Source: Promethearchaeota archaeon
GTDB taxonomy: Archaea; Asgardarchaeota; Lokiarchaeia; Sigyniarchaeales; SOKP01
Direction of reading: 5' to 3'
Length of the DNA: 64,000 nt
Assembly (NCBI GenBank): GCA_019894715.1
Contig: JAGXOA010000204.1
Coordinates: 51,179 to 115,178, forward strand
The notes below the pieces were generated by a model. It saw only the letters and a program-made list of their open reading frames with translations. It searched no databases and was not told the DNA's origin. This document shows positions 9,027-18,590 of this stretch, in pieces; the stretch's first letter is position 1; every line of letters starts with the position of its first letter. The position numbers and the translations under genes are program-made.

Positions 9027-9776
9027 ATGAGTGTAGATTGGAATAAAGCAGAGAAAAATCCGGATTCCAAACAGAAAATCTTTGGAAGATTTATGCTAGA
9101 TATAAGGACAAAAGTAAATGAACTTGAAAAAGAAGTTTCTGGATTTAGACAGGGTTTAAAACGGAAAACCGAATATTTAAACAAAGTTAATGAAGAAATT
9201 GCTAAGGCTGAAAATCTAATAGGAAGGTTGAATAGAGAAATCGTAGTAAAGAATACTAAAATTTCTGAATTAGAAAGTGATAATGAAAATAAATTAAAAG
9301 AAATAACAAAATTACAATCTAATTTAAATCAAACTAATGAAAAAATTAATAAAAATGAGCAAGAAATATCGATTTTAAATTTTAAACTAAAAGAATTAAA
9401 AGATTTAAAGAAAACAAAGTTAGAATTAGAGATAAGTTTAGAAAAATCAGAGAATAATATAAATGAGCTAAACCGAGAAATTATTGAAAAATCAAATGAA
9501 ATTATTGATGTACATGCAAAAATGAAAGAAAATAATAAATTCCTTGAGGAAAAAGAAAATACTATTAAAAATAATACAAACTACATCAATGAGCTGAAGA
9601 AAAATGTTATTAATAACGAAAACGAATTAGAAAATATAGCAGAAAACCAAGAAAAACAAGTGTATAATTTAAAGCGAATTTTTGAGCAGATCAAAGAAAT
9701 GATGGTTTTAAAAGGTTTTGTCTCAGATAAAGAATTAGAAATACTAATTAAAGAAGAAAATCAGGTTTTATTTTAA
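9027..9776 (+). CDS. Coiled-coil protein, unknown function
   Basis: 249 aa, almost entirely heptad-like and rich in K/E/N/L/I (NELEKEVSGF..., KISELESDNENKLKEITKLQSNLNQTNEKI...). No enzymatic motif. Confidence 0.5.
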   Translation: MSVDWNKAEKNPDSKQKIFGRFMLDIRTKVNELEKEVSGFRQGLKRKTEYLNKVNEEIAKAENLIGRLNREIVVKNTKISELESDNENKLKEITKLQSNLNQTNEKINKNEQEISILNFKLKELKDLKKTKLELEISLEKSENNINELNREIIEKSNEIIDVHAKMKENNKFLEEKENTIKNNTNYINELKKNVINNENELENIAENQEKQVYNLKRIFEQIKEMMVLKGFVSDKELEILIKEENQVLF

Positions 9777-9979
9777 TTTTAAATAATTTTATTTGATTTT
9801 TAAATAAAGATCATTGGGAAATTCTAATAATTTAGAACGCAATAATATCTTACTTTAAAATTTTATCTTTTAGAATTCCCTACTGGTTAATTTAAAATCT
9901 TAGTTTAATAATAGAAAAACTGATATTATAATTAAAAATTATTAAATTATATAGTTTAAAAAATAAAATTCTAATTATA

Positions 9980-10249
9980 ATGAAGGCAATAGTATCAGTA
10001 GTAGGATTAGATAAACCAGGAATTGTTGCTTCAGTATCTACTACTTTAGCAAATTATAATATAAACATAATTGATATTACTCAATCTTATGCTCATGACT
10101 TTTTTACAATGATTTTAATTGTAGATTTTGAGAATAGCAATGTTTCTTTAAAAAATATTTCCGAAAAGTTGAAAGAAGCTGGAGAAAAAATTGGAGTTTT
10201 TGTAACAATTCAACATGAAGATGTTTTTCGAGCTATGCATCGAATTTAA
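9980..10249 (+). CDS. ACT-domain protein (UPF0237 family)
   Basis: 89 aa. [33 protein letters not shown] is a classic ACT beta-alpha-beta start. It is paired with the UPF0210 gene, as in many prokaryotes. Confidence 0.75.
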   Translation: MKAIVSVVGLDKPGIVASVSTTLANYNINIIDITQSYAHDFFTMILIVDFENSNVSLKNISEKLKEAGEKIGVFVTIQHEDVFRAMHRI

Positions 10250-10251
10250 TT

Positions 10252-10260
10252 GAGGAGGAG
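10252..10260 (+). promoter_or_regulatory. Shine-Dalgarno-like site for the UPF0210 gene
   Basis: GAGGAGGAG lies 6 nt upstream of ATG 10267. This G-rich motif stands out in an AT-rich background. Confidence 0.6.
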
Positions 10261-10266
10261 AACTTA

Positions 10267-11727
10267 ATGGAATCGTTTACATCGACAGAGATTTTAGAAA
10301 CAAAAAAAATGATTGATGAACAAGGATTAGATGTCAGAACAATAACGATGGGTATTAACTTATTAGATTGTGCAAATCCATCATTGGATAAAATGAAAGA
10401 AAATATTAATTCAAAAATATTTTCCTTAGCTGAAAATTTATCTGAAATAGCAACTACAATAGAAGAAGATTATGGAATCCCTATTATTAATAGAAGAATA
10501 ACTGTCACACCCATATCTCTAATATTAGGTTCTTTAAATACAATTCAAGAGATTCCATTAGAGGATATTCAAGCATTTAATGATCCCTTCTTTCAAAAAT
10601 ATAATATTAAGGATCCTAAGATAAATCAAAGAGCGATAGATTCTTGTATAGAAATCGCACAGTGTCTTGATAATATTTCAGAAAAAGTAAAAGTAGACTT
10701 TTTAGGAGGATTTTCGGCATTAGTCCATAAAGGATTCACACGAGCGGATTTATGTTTAATTCAAAGCTTACCAGAAGTATTATCAAAAACAGAAAGAGTC
10801 TGCAGCTCTATAAATTTAGCTACTACTCGATCAGGTATGAATATGAATGCTGTTAAGATGATGGGAAAGATTATCCATCAAATAGCCATGAACACACGAG
10901 ATAGAAATTCTATTGGATGTGCAAAAATAGTTGTTTTCTGTAATGCTGTAGAAGATAATCCCTTCATGGCAGGAGGTTTTCATGGTATTGGTGAATCTGA
11001 GTGTTGTATAAATGTTGGAGTGTCTGGTCCTGGTGTTATAAGAAATGTTGTAAAAAACCAAAAGAAGGTCGACTTTGAGACCCTTGCTGAGATAATTAAG
11101 AAGACAGCATTTAAGATCACTAGAATGGGACAATTAGTTGCTCAACAAGCAGCAAAAAGATTACATATTCCTTTTGGAATTGTTGATATATCATTAGCGC
11201 CAACAAATAGACCATTTGATAGTGTAGCTGGGATATTGGAAGAAATGGGAATTGAAATTACAGGAGGCCCTGGCACAACAGCAGCTTTAGCTTTATTAAC
11301 AGATGCAGTTAAGAAAGGAGGTTTAATGGCTTCATCATATGTCGGAGGATTATCAGGAGCATTCATTCCTGTTAGTGAAGATAAGTTTATGACTGAAGCT
11401 GCAAGAAAGAATATACTTACTATTGAGAAACTTGAAGCTATGACATCAGTATGTTCAGTAGGATTAGATATGGTTTGTATTCCGGGTTCTACACCACCAT
11501 CTACAATTTCAGGTATTATAGCTGATGAGGCAGCTATTGGGATGATAAATAATAAAACCACAGGAACACGTATTATACCTGTAATTGGAAAAAAAGTTAA
11601 TGAGACGGTAGAATTTGGAGGTTTACTAGGAAAATCTATAATAATGCCAGTGAAAGAAAGCTCCTGTGAAATGTTTATAAACAGACAAGGTAGAATTCCA
11701 GCACCAGTTCATTCCCAACGAAATTAG
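10267..11727 (+). CDS. UPF0210 (DUF711) family protein
   Basis: 486 aa. N-terminus [27 protein letters not shown] and later [28 protein letters not shown] and CSVGLDMV match the conserved UPF0210 pattern. Confidence 0.75.
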   Translation: MESFTSTEILETKKMIDEQGLDVRTITMGINLLDCANPSLDKMKENINSKIFSLAENLSEIATTIEEDYGIPIINRRITVTPISLILGSLNTIQEIPLEDIQAFNDPFFQKYNIKDPKINQRAIDSCIEIAQCLDNISEKVKVDFLGGFSALVHKGFTRADLCLIQSLPEVLSKTERVCSSINLATTRSGMNMNAVKMMGKIIHQIAMNTRDRNSIGCAKIVVFCNAVEDNPFMAGGFHGIGESECCINVGVSGPGVIRNVVKNQKKVDFETLAEIIKKTAFKITRMGQLVAQQAAKRLHIPFGIVDISLAPTNRPFDSVAGILEEMGIEITGGPGTTAALALLTDAVKKGGLMASSYVGGLSGAFIPVSEDKFMTEAARKNILTIEKLEAMTSVCSVGLDMVCIPGSTPPSTISGIIADEAAIGMINNKTTGTRIIPVIGKKVNETVEFGGLLGKSIIMPVKESSCEMFINRQGRIPAPVHSQRN

Positions 11728-11988
11728 ATTATATGAAATCTAAAAATTAAAATATATGAAAATCAAAAAAAAAAAAATTGGTATTAATATATTAATAAGT
11801 AATAATTATTTGTTAAAAAATACTCCTCCTACTATTTAAATGATTTTAAAATAAGAATTAATCATTATCTAAATATTAATTTGAGAATTTTTGAACGAAT
11901 TCTAATTTGAAAAAGTATAAATTAAAAAAAAATTAATATAATTAAATAACAAAATAATGAAATAAAATAAAAAATAAGTGATTAAGAA

Positions 11989-12180
11989 ATGGATATATTT
12001 GCAGGAATGATGACGATTATCATCGTCTTACTTGTTGTTTGGTTTGTTGTCTCTCTATTAATAGCCATCTGGGTATACAAGGATGCTAAAAGCAGAGATA
12101 TGAATGCAGCTGTTTGGTTATTAATTGTATTATTAACTGGTTGTATAGGCTGTATTATTTATTTAGTTGTGAGAGACTAA
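11989..12180 (+). CDS. Small membrane protein, PLD-nuclease N-terminal (PLDc_N)-like
   Basis: 63 aa with two TM helices and the motif IAIWVYKDAKSRDMNAAVWLLIVLLTGCIGCIIYLV typical of PLDc_N small proteins. Confidence 0.55.
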   Translation: MDIFAGMMTIIIVLLVVWFVVSLLIAIWVYKDAKSRDMNAAVWLLIVLLTGCIGCIIYLVVRD

Positions 12181-12194
12181 TAATATTAATTTTA

Positions 12195-12205
12195 TTTTTT
12201 TTTTT
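12195..12205 (+). terminator. Oligo-T tract (11 T)
   Basis: T11 run lies 15 nt after the stop at 12180. Confidence 0.4.
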
Positions 12206-12230
12206 CATTTTGCTTATCATTAAGAGATGA

Positions 12231-12899
12231 TTGGAATTGATCATAACTTTTGAAGGAATAATTAAAAGTTATATAAGATCATTTTCAGGAAACAGCGCTT
12301 TTTATGTGGTCGATAAGAACAATATATCTTATTACTGCTTTACAGCAAAAAATATAAGAATTGGAGATGTTTCAGATAATATAAAAATTATAGGAAAGAA
12401 ACTAAAAACAGATAAGGTTAAGGTTGAATTTGTAGAAAATTTAACTCAAAATAGAATATATAATTTTTCTAGAAAAAAGTCTATAATATATTCAATTTCC
12501 CTTGTGTTATTATTTTTTTTTATTATCACTTTCATAGGATCAATCATAATGTCACAAAAATTCAGCATTTATCTAGATGATCCTCTCAATGAAGAAGAAT
12601 ACCTACTTGCAATGATTTCAATTACAATGGTTATGTTATCAATAGTTGGAATTGTAACTGTAAGTCCCCTTCTCTACCTAACATTAAAATCAAAAAAACA
12701 GAATAAACTAATTAAAAATATTATTGAAGGTAAAAAATTAATCGATGATAAAGAAAATATAAAATTAATAAATATTGAACAAAATGATATAAAATTTGGA
12801 AACAATGTAAATTATTGTCCAAATTGCAGTAAAAAATTATCTCTAAATATCAAATATTGCCCTTATTGTGGAAATAAAGTATTATCTCACCAAAGATAA
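12231..12899 (+). CDS. Paralog 1: OB-fold-like N-domain + 2 TM helices + C-terminal zinc ribbon
   Basis: 222 aa. N-domain FEGIIKSYIRSFSGNSAFYVVDKNNISYYCFTAKNIRIGDVSDNIKIIGKK...VKVEFVENLTQNR. Two hydrophobic helices. C-terminal CPNCSKKLSLNIKYCPYCGNKV. TTG start directly after an in-frame TGA. Confidence 0.6.
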   Translation: MELIITFEGIIKSYIRSFSGNSAFYVVDKNNISYYCFTAKNIRIGDVSDNIKIIGKKLKTDKVKVEFVENLTQNRIYNFSRKKSIIYSISLVLLFFFIITFIGSIIMSQKFSIYLDDPLNEEEYLLAMISITMVMLSIVGIVTVSPLLYLTLKSKKQNKLIKNIIEGKKLIDDKENIKLINIEQNDIKFGNNVNYCPNCSKKLSLNIKYCPYCGNKVLSHQR

Positions 12900-13065
12900 A
12901 AATGATTTTAAAACATCATAGCTTTTTATTAATTCTTCAACACACAAATTTATTCCTATTGTTGTCAAATAACTGGTTTTAATTATTTGAAAGATATATG
13001 GTTTTATCAAAAAGAATAAATACTTAGTTATTTTATAGATAAATATTATAAATCCAAAAAAAAAA

Positions 13066-13767
13066 GTGATTAAATTAATTGTCAAAATAGAGGGTACTAT
13101 CAAAAATTACACTAAATCCTATTCGGGGAATACTGCATTTATCATTATTGATAAAAACAACCATTCACACTATTGCTATTCAACAAATTATTCAAGAATA
13201 GGAGATGCTTCGGATAATGTAATAGTAATTGGGGTAAGAAATAAATATGGGGACAAGATTAGAGTAGAATATGCAGAAAATCTAACAAAAAACCGTAGAT
13301 ATATAAAAAGAAGAAAATCAAACACCTTATACACAATATCAATTTTATTTGTTCTAATATCGATTTTAATAATGGTGGTCTCAACTTTTGTGTTAATTGA
13401 TAGTGATATAAGTGATCCAAGTAATCAAGAACAAATTCTAAAATTTGTAATCGGTATTATGGGCTTAGTAGGCACTTTAGTAAGTTTGATTCCATTACTT
13501 CCTATTATATATTACCAAAAAAAAACGCTTAATTTACAACGACATATATATAGTCTATTAGAGAAAGAAGGTAAAAAAGTAACTGTTGATGACTATATCC
13601 AATCAAAGAAAATAAACCCAAATATTAACGCTCAAGACTTAAATGTTAATGATTTCATTCCTTCAAAAGATTTAGAAAACAGACCCAATGCCAAATTCTG
13701 TCCGACGTGTGGACAAAATTTAATGCCTAATATAAAATTTTGTTCTGCATGTGGAACAAAAAGTTAA
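13066..13767 (+). CDS. Paralog 2: OB-fold-like N-domain + 2 TM helices + C-terminal zinc ribbon
   Basis: 233 aa. IEGTIKNYTKSYSGNTAFIIIDKNNHSHYCYSTNYSRIGDASDNVIVIGVRN...IRVEYAENLTKNR, two TM helices, then CPTCGQNLMPNIKFCSACGTK. It aligns by eye with 12231-12899. Confidence 0.6.
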   Translation: MIKLIVKIEGTIKNYTKSYSGNTAFIIIDKNNHSHYCYSTNYSRIGDASDNVIVIGVRNKYGDKIRVEYAENLTKNRRYIKRRKSNTLYTISILFVLISILIMVVSTFVLIDSDISDPSNQEQILKFVIGIMGLVGTLVSLIPLLPIIYYQKKTLNLQRHIYSLLEKEGKKVTVDDYIQSKKINPNINAQDLNVNDFIPSKDLENRPNAKFCPTCGQNLMPNIKFCSACGTKS

Positions 13768-13842
13768 AATTTTTTTTTATTTTATTATTCTATTATAAAA
13801 TTAAAAAAAAGAATAAATATTTAATTATTTTTTTTTTCTAAA

Positions 13843-14295
13843 ATGTTAACAAGAAAGGTGATTAGAATATTATTAAATGTTTGTGGTACAATCAAAATTT
13901 TTCCTAAAAATTATTCCGGAAATATAGCTTTTGAGGTAAAGGATAAGGATAATTATCTCCATTATTGTTTTTTGACAAAAAGAAAATATATAGGAGATAT
14001 TTCAGATGAAGTTAATATTATTGGAATGAGTACAAGAGGTAAAAAGATCAGGGTTATTTTTTTGGAAAATATTACGAAAGGACAAGTATTATACATGTCA
14101 AGGAGTACAAATAAAAAATTAATAGAATTTATCGAAATGTATAGACAACTTGATGATCAAGGAAATTTACTCAATATTCAAGAATCTCCCGAAGATAATA
14201 CTGAAAAAGGTCAAATTCAAAATTTTTGTGGAGAATGTGGTTCAAAATTAACGACAGAGATGAAATTTTGCTCTTATTGTGGCGATAAAATCTAA
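13843..14295 (+). CDS. Paralog 3: OB-fold-like N-domain + zinc ribbon, no TM helices
   Basis: 150 aa. CGTIKIFPKNYSGNIAFEVKDKDNYLHYCFLTKRKYIGDISDEVNIIGMSTRGKKIRVIFLENITKGQ, then CGECGSKLTTEMKFCSYCGDK. By analogy with paralog 2 the real start may be GTG 13858. Confidence 0.6.
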   Translation: MLTRKVIRILLNVCGTIKIFPKNYSGNIAFEVKDKDNYLHYCFLTKRKYIGDISDEVNIIGMSTRGKKIRVIFLENITKGQVLYMSRSTNKKLIEFIEMYRQLDDQGNLLNIQESPEDNTEKGQIQNFCGECGSKLTTEMKFCSYCGDKI

Positions 14296-14445
14296 TTTTC
14301 AATATTTATTTTTTATCATATATTAATAATACTTGAAAATCTAACTATCTTATAAACCAAGATTTTTTAAATTACAATATAAAAATATAAATAATTATCA
14401 ATATCTACTACTATAATCTGAATTTTTCTTCAATCTAGCAACTAA

Positions 14446-15027
14446 GTGAGTACTATTATAAATAAAATAAAAAGATTAAAACTATTTTTTTCAGATTTAA
14501 AACCAATACTTCTTTCTCATCATCCAAAATGTGATAATTTTTATAATCATGTATATCATATTAGAGGTCGATGGTTATGCATAGGTTGCTTTACTTACTA
14601 TCCAACTATACTAATAACAATTGTTTTATCTTTAATCCTTTTTGGTTTTAATAAAACAACAAATGTTATACTATTTGGTATTTCGTTTATTTTTGCGCTT
14701 ACAGTATTGCTGAATGTATTTAATCTTACAAAAAGGAGATTTTTAAAAATTTCATCAAAGATTTCATTAGGAATTGGCACAGGTCTATTCATCATTTCAA
14801 CTCTTAAAATGGATTTTTTACCTGTTTTTGTTAAATTTTTATGTCTTTTACAGGTGAATTTTTTAGCAGGAGCAATAGGATACATAAGAGCTAATGGAAT
14901 AATAAAAGAATGTAAAGCTTGTGAATATAAAAAAGACTGGAAGAATTGTCCAGGTATGAGTATTATGATGAATAATTTATATAAACATGGATTTAAAAAA
15001 GAAAAAGAATTAAAGAAAAAAACATAG
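14446..15027 (+). CDS. Cys-rich multi-pass membrane protein (DUF2085-like?)
   Basis: 193 aa. HHPKCDNFYNHVYHIRGRWLCIGCF is followed by about 4 TM helices and a C-terminal CKACEYKKDWKNCPG. The family assignment is tentative. Confidence 0.45.
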   Translation: MSTIINKIKRLKLFFSDLKPILLSHHPKCDNFYNHVYHIRGRWLCIGCFTYYPTILITIVLSLILFGFNKTTNVILFGISFIFALTVLLNVFNLTKRRFLKISSKISLGIGTGLFIISTLKMDFLPVFVKFLCLLQVNFLAGAIGYIRANGIIKECKACEYKKDWKNCPGMSIMMNNLYKHGFKKEKELKKKT

Positions 15028-15053
15028 ATTTGCTCAGATTAAAGTAATAATTG

Positions 15054-16121
15054 TTAATATTCTCTTTCATAAACAAATTCTAACAAGTCTTCAAAAACTT
15101 CAAACTCATCCTCATTGATTGAAGATTTAAGCTTATTTAAAGATTCTTTGGCTTCTTTATAATAATTATCGGCTATATTTTTACATGAAGTTAAGACATC
15201 TGCTTCTTTATATAATTCTCTTACTCTTTCGACTTCTTTATCACTCATATTTGGATTTTCAAAGATTTCTATTAATTCATTCTTTTTATCATTATCCAAT
15301 TTATTTAATGCTTCAATTAATAAGCAAGTTTTCTTACCTTCTTTTATATCACTATCAGCAGGTTTTCCTGTTTTTTCTTCATCTCCAAACGTTCCTAAAA
15401 TGTCATCTTTAATCTGAAAGATAATTCCCAAATCCATACCATAAATACCTATAAATATTTTATTTTCTTTACTTGCATTGGCATATGTTGCTCCAATTAA
15501 AATTGATTTTTCAATTAATGATCCAGTTTTTAAAGAAATCATCTCAATATATTCATCTATATTGATATCTCTTTGGTTTACCATATCGATTTCTATTATT
15601 ACTCCATTAGCAATTTCAATAAATGCTTGTTTATATAAGAAAAGCGCTTCAAGATTTACTTTTTCATTGAATTTGTTCTCTAAATAAGGTTCCATACCAA
15701 TAAAATAAGCGGAGTCACCACCCAAAATACCCATGGAAGTACCAAACTCTAAAGTTTGCATTCTTTTAAGATTATATTGTTTATGATATTGTTGAAAACG
15801 ATAATGAAAGGTTGGTTCACCCCTTCTAAAATTATCATTATCAATTATGTCATCATGAATGAGAGAAGCATTATGTAAAAATTCTGTACCTACACAAATT
15901 GTTAGAATTCTATCATCTTTTTTTTCAGAAAAAGCATTATAAGCAGCTATACATAAAAGAGGTCTTATTCTTTTTCCACCTGCTAAGAAATACTCTTTTA
16001 ATTCAGAATAATAATTTTTTAGGAACTCATTATCTACTGAATTTATTTTATTTTCATAAAAAAAGCTGATTACATCATTTATTTTAGATTTATAAATCTC
16101 AGAATATTCTAAAAATTTCAT
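15054..16121 (-). CDS. Polyprenyl (geranylgeranyl) diphosphate synthase
   Basis: 355 aa with both Asp-rich motifs (LIHDDIIDND and FQIKDDILGTFG) plus GGKRIRP, defining trans-isoprenyl diphosphate synthases. Confidence 0.85.
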   Translation of the reverse strand: MKFLEYSEIYKSKINDVISFFYENKINSVDNEFLKNYYSELKEYFLAGGKRIRPLLCIAAYNAFSEKKDDRILTICVGTEFLHNASLIHDDIIDNDNFRRGEPTFHYRFQQYHKQYNLKRMQTLEFGTSMGILGGDSAYFIGMEPYLENKFNEKVNLEALFLYKQAFIEIANGVIIEIDMVNQRDINIDEYIEMISLKTGSLIEKSILIGATYANASKENKIFIGIYGMDLGIIFQIKDDILGTFGDEEKTGKPADSDIKEGKKTCLLIEALNKLDNDKKNELIEIFENPNMSDKEVERVRELYKEADVLTSCKNIADNYYKEAKESLNKLKSSINEDEFEVFEDLLEFVYEREY

Positions 16122-16227
16122 TATTTATCATATTTCTACTCAAATTGATAAAAATTTTAATTATTTATAAAAATTAAATTTATCGAGTGATTAAGGTTCT
16201 TTAGAGCAGATAAATATGAAGTAATGA

Positions 16228-17193
16228 CTATATTAAAGGACTATTTGGTAATAACGCTTTTAATAAATTTCTATCCCATAATTTGGTTTTTGAATTATAG
16301 ATTCCAAAAAGATCTTCACAGAAATTCCAATATGCCCAACCAATATCTCTTTTTTCAGCTTCTACTCTTATATTTTTGGTCCATCTAACTCTAGAATTAT
16401 AATCTGCTTTTGAAATAGCTCCAAATTCACCTAGAAAAAGTTGTATATTATTTTTTTTAGCCCAATCAACTGCATGATCTAAAGCTATATTAATAGCTAA
16501 CTTTTCTTGTGTTGTAGCTTGCCAAATTGTTCCTATCCATTGATCGCTATTCTGTACCCAATTAGCTCCTTGATGAGAAAATTCAAATGGATCATAAAAA
16601 TGAAAAGTTATTATAATGTTAGGATCATTTTTAGGTACTTCTAACATATTTAAATGTCTTAAATTATTGTGAAAAACAGGACCATAGATCAATTTTCTTT
16701 TAGGATTAATTCTTCTTATAACAAGATTAATATCATTAATAAAATGATTCCATAAATAAGGATTCTTGTCAAATTCATTAAAAGGTTCATTTAAAATTTC
16801 AAAAAATAAATTATCTGGATAATTTTGATATCTTGCAGATATTTGCTCCCATAGTGAAAAAAACCTTTTCTTATGTGTCTGCGGGGAAATCATAATTTCA
16901 CTGTAATGATGAATATTGATAATCGTGATCAGTCCTCTCGAGAGTGAATTTTGTATTACCCAATCTATTCTTTCAAAAAAGGATGGATTAATTGTATAGG
17001 GGGAATTTATATCAGCATGATTTGACCATCTTATAGGAATTCTGACTAAATTAAAACCTGCATTTTTTACAAGATCAAAGAACTGTTCTTGTAATATTTT
17101 CCCCCAATCACCCTCATTTGGTGCATCTAAGATATTACCAAAATTAATTCCTTGTAGATTTTGGAATTTAGAATTACTGCTATTTGAATTCAT
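16228..17193 (-). CDS. Glycoside hydrolase family 5 (cellulase-like)
   Basis: 321 aa. GFNLVRIPIRW, FEILNEP (acid/base Glu), HFYDPFEFSHQG and LGEFG (nucleophile Glu) are GH5 hallmarks. No N-terminal signal peptide is evident. Confidence 0.8.
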   Translation of the reverse strand: MNSNSSNSKFQNLQGINFGNILDAPNEGDWGKILQEQFFDLVKNAGFNLVRIPIRWSNHADINSPYTINPSFFERIDWVIQNSLSRGLITIINIHHYSEIMISPQTHKKRFFSLWEQISARYQNYPDNLFFEILNEPFNEFDKNPYLWNHFINDINLVIRRINPKRKLIYGPVFHNNLRHLNMLEVPKNDPNIIITFHFYDPFEFSHQGANWVQNSDQWIGTIWQATTQEKLAINIALDHAVDWAKKNNIQLFLGEFGAISKADYNSRVRWTKNIRVEAEKRDIGWAYWNFCEDLFGIYNSKTKLWDRNLLKALLPNSPLI

Positions 17194-17291
17194 ATTTGAA
17201 ATAAAGTAAAAAGAAAATAAAAAGAATACAGATTAATTTGTTATTTTTGAATAATTATATATTATATTCTCGATAAATCAATTATTCATTT

Positions 17292-17372
17292 TTATTTTGA
17301 TTTATCTATTTGAATATCTAATGGACTTTCTAAAGGCCCTTTAATGCCTAATTTTTCAGCAAAATTTAACAT
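17292..17372 (-). CDS. Candidate 26-codon small ORF with strong SD
   Basis: AAGGAGA lies 6 nt upstream of the ATG at 17372. The ORF encodes MLNFAEKLGIKGPLESPLDIQIDKSK and sits between the Rag-like GTPase and GH5 genes on the same strand. There is no homology evidence. Confidence 0.2.
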   Translation of the reverse strand: MLNFAEKLGIKGPLESPLDIQIDKSK

Positions 17373-17432
17373 GAATTTTCTCCTTGTATTATAAGTAGAA
17401 ATTATTTTTTAAATTTAAAAAATGGATTTAAA

Positions 17433-18365
17433 TTAGGACTTATTTGCAAAATTATTAATAAAATCTTCAAGAATATTATGAATAAGTTCATCCAGCTTAA
17501 TTTCATTAAAACTCTCAGAGAGAACTACAAGATAAGTTAGATTTGATCTAAGAAATTTTAATCTAGAAATTTTGACAATTCTTATTTTATCATTTGATTT
17601 GAATAAATGGCTCTCATTATATAAATATGAATCCAGTTTATTTTCTTCCCATAATCGATAAAAGATAACAAAAGAATCATAGATGAGATTTATTTTATTT
17701 TTTTGAGATTTTGACTGGGTAATGACTTTATTTTGGTCATCAATTACCAAACAAAGTACATTTGAATAATCTTTAATTTGTTTTTCTAAAATTTTTTTAA
17801 TTTTAGAGGTTTTCTCTGAAAAACTACTAAGAATTTCAGAGAAAGTGTTATGAATACTATAAATAAATTCTTGCTTGATACTTGTAAAATATATATCTGG
17901 TTTAATTTTTAGATTAATCAAATTTTGAATCTGATCTGTCAGTAAACTAAGATTTTCTTGAAGTAATTGGGGATTAAGATCAATTTTATTATAGATTAGA
18001 ATCAATTTGCTTTTACTATTTATTTTCATTATAATTTTATAAATATTTTCTATTTCTTCAATAATTTCTTGTGATATCTCTCGTATTGATTCATAATCAA
18101 ACATATAGATTACAATATTAGCTCTCTCAAAAGCTTTTATTTGTTTTTCCCCCTCCTTTAAGAAACTATTAATTTCCTGACCTGAAATATCAAAAATACT
18201 TAAATTAATATCTAACCAATTGTAATCAGTAGTTTCTATTCCACAAGTTGGTTCTAATGATTCTTTTAATAATAATTTTGGATTTGAATTCTCAAATATT
18301 ATTTTTTTTAGGCTTGTTTTTCCCACACCAGCTCTACCAATAAAAAGAATTTTATTTATTATGAT
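17433..18365 (-). CDS. Rag/Gtr1-like small GTPase with C-terminal roadblock-like domain; 5' end extended beyond the ORF-track start
   Basis: G1 GRAGVGKT (its G-R-A-G codons at 18327-18338 lie upstream of the GTG the track used), G3 FDISGQ, G4 YNKIDL. Overall it resembles RagA/Gtr1 (KILFIGRAGVGKTSLKKIIF..., VIYMFD). The C-terminal ~130 aa has an alpha-beta-beta-alpha-beta-beta-alpha pattern. The frame is closed by TGA at 18369-18371, leaving only ATC/ATA/ATT as possible starts. Confidence 0.7.
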   Translation of the reverse strand: MIINKILFIGRAGVGKTSLKKIIFENSNPKLLLKESLEPTCGIETTDYNWLDINLSIFDISGQEINSFLKEGEKQIKAFERANIVIYMFDYESIREISQEIIEEIENIYKIIMKINSKSKLILIYNKIDLNPQLLQENLSLLTDQIQNLINLKIKPDIYFTSIKQEFIYSIHNTFSEILSSFSEKTSKIKKILEKQIKDYSNVLCLVIDDQNKVITQSKSQKNKINLIYDSFVIFYRLWEENKLDSYLYNESHLFKSNDKIRIVKISRLKFLRSNLTYLVVLSESFNEIKLDELIHNILEDFINNFANKS

Positions 18366-18590
18366 TGATCAACAAAAATAAGGTTTTTTATAAGAAAACG
18401 TTCTTTTTAGTAAAATAAATAAGTATACTGATTTATAAAGTTCCTTGAATCATAAAGTTTAAAATAAATATTATGTTTGAACCCAATATTAAATAAATTT
18501 TTAAAATAAATCGTTTATTAGGAAATTTATTTGATTTGTCAATGTCATTGTAAAAATTTAAGCCAAGATAGAAGAATTAACTAATCATAA

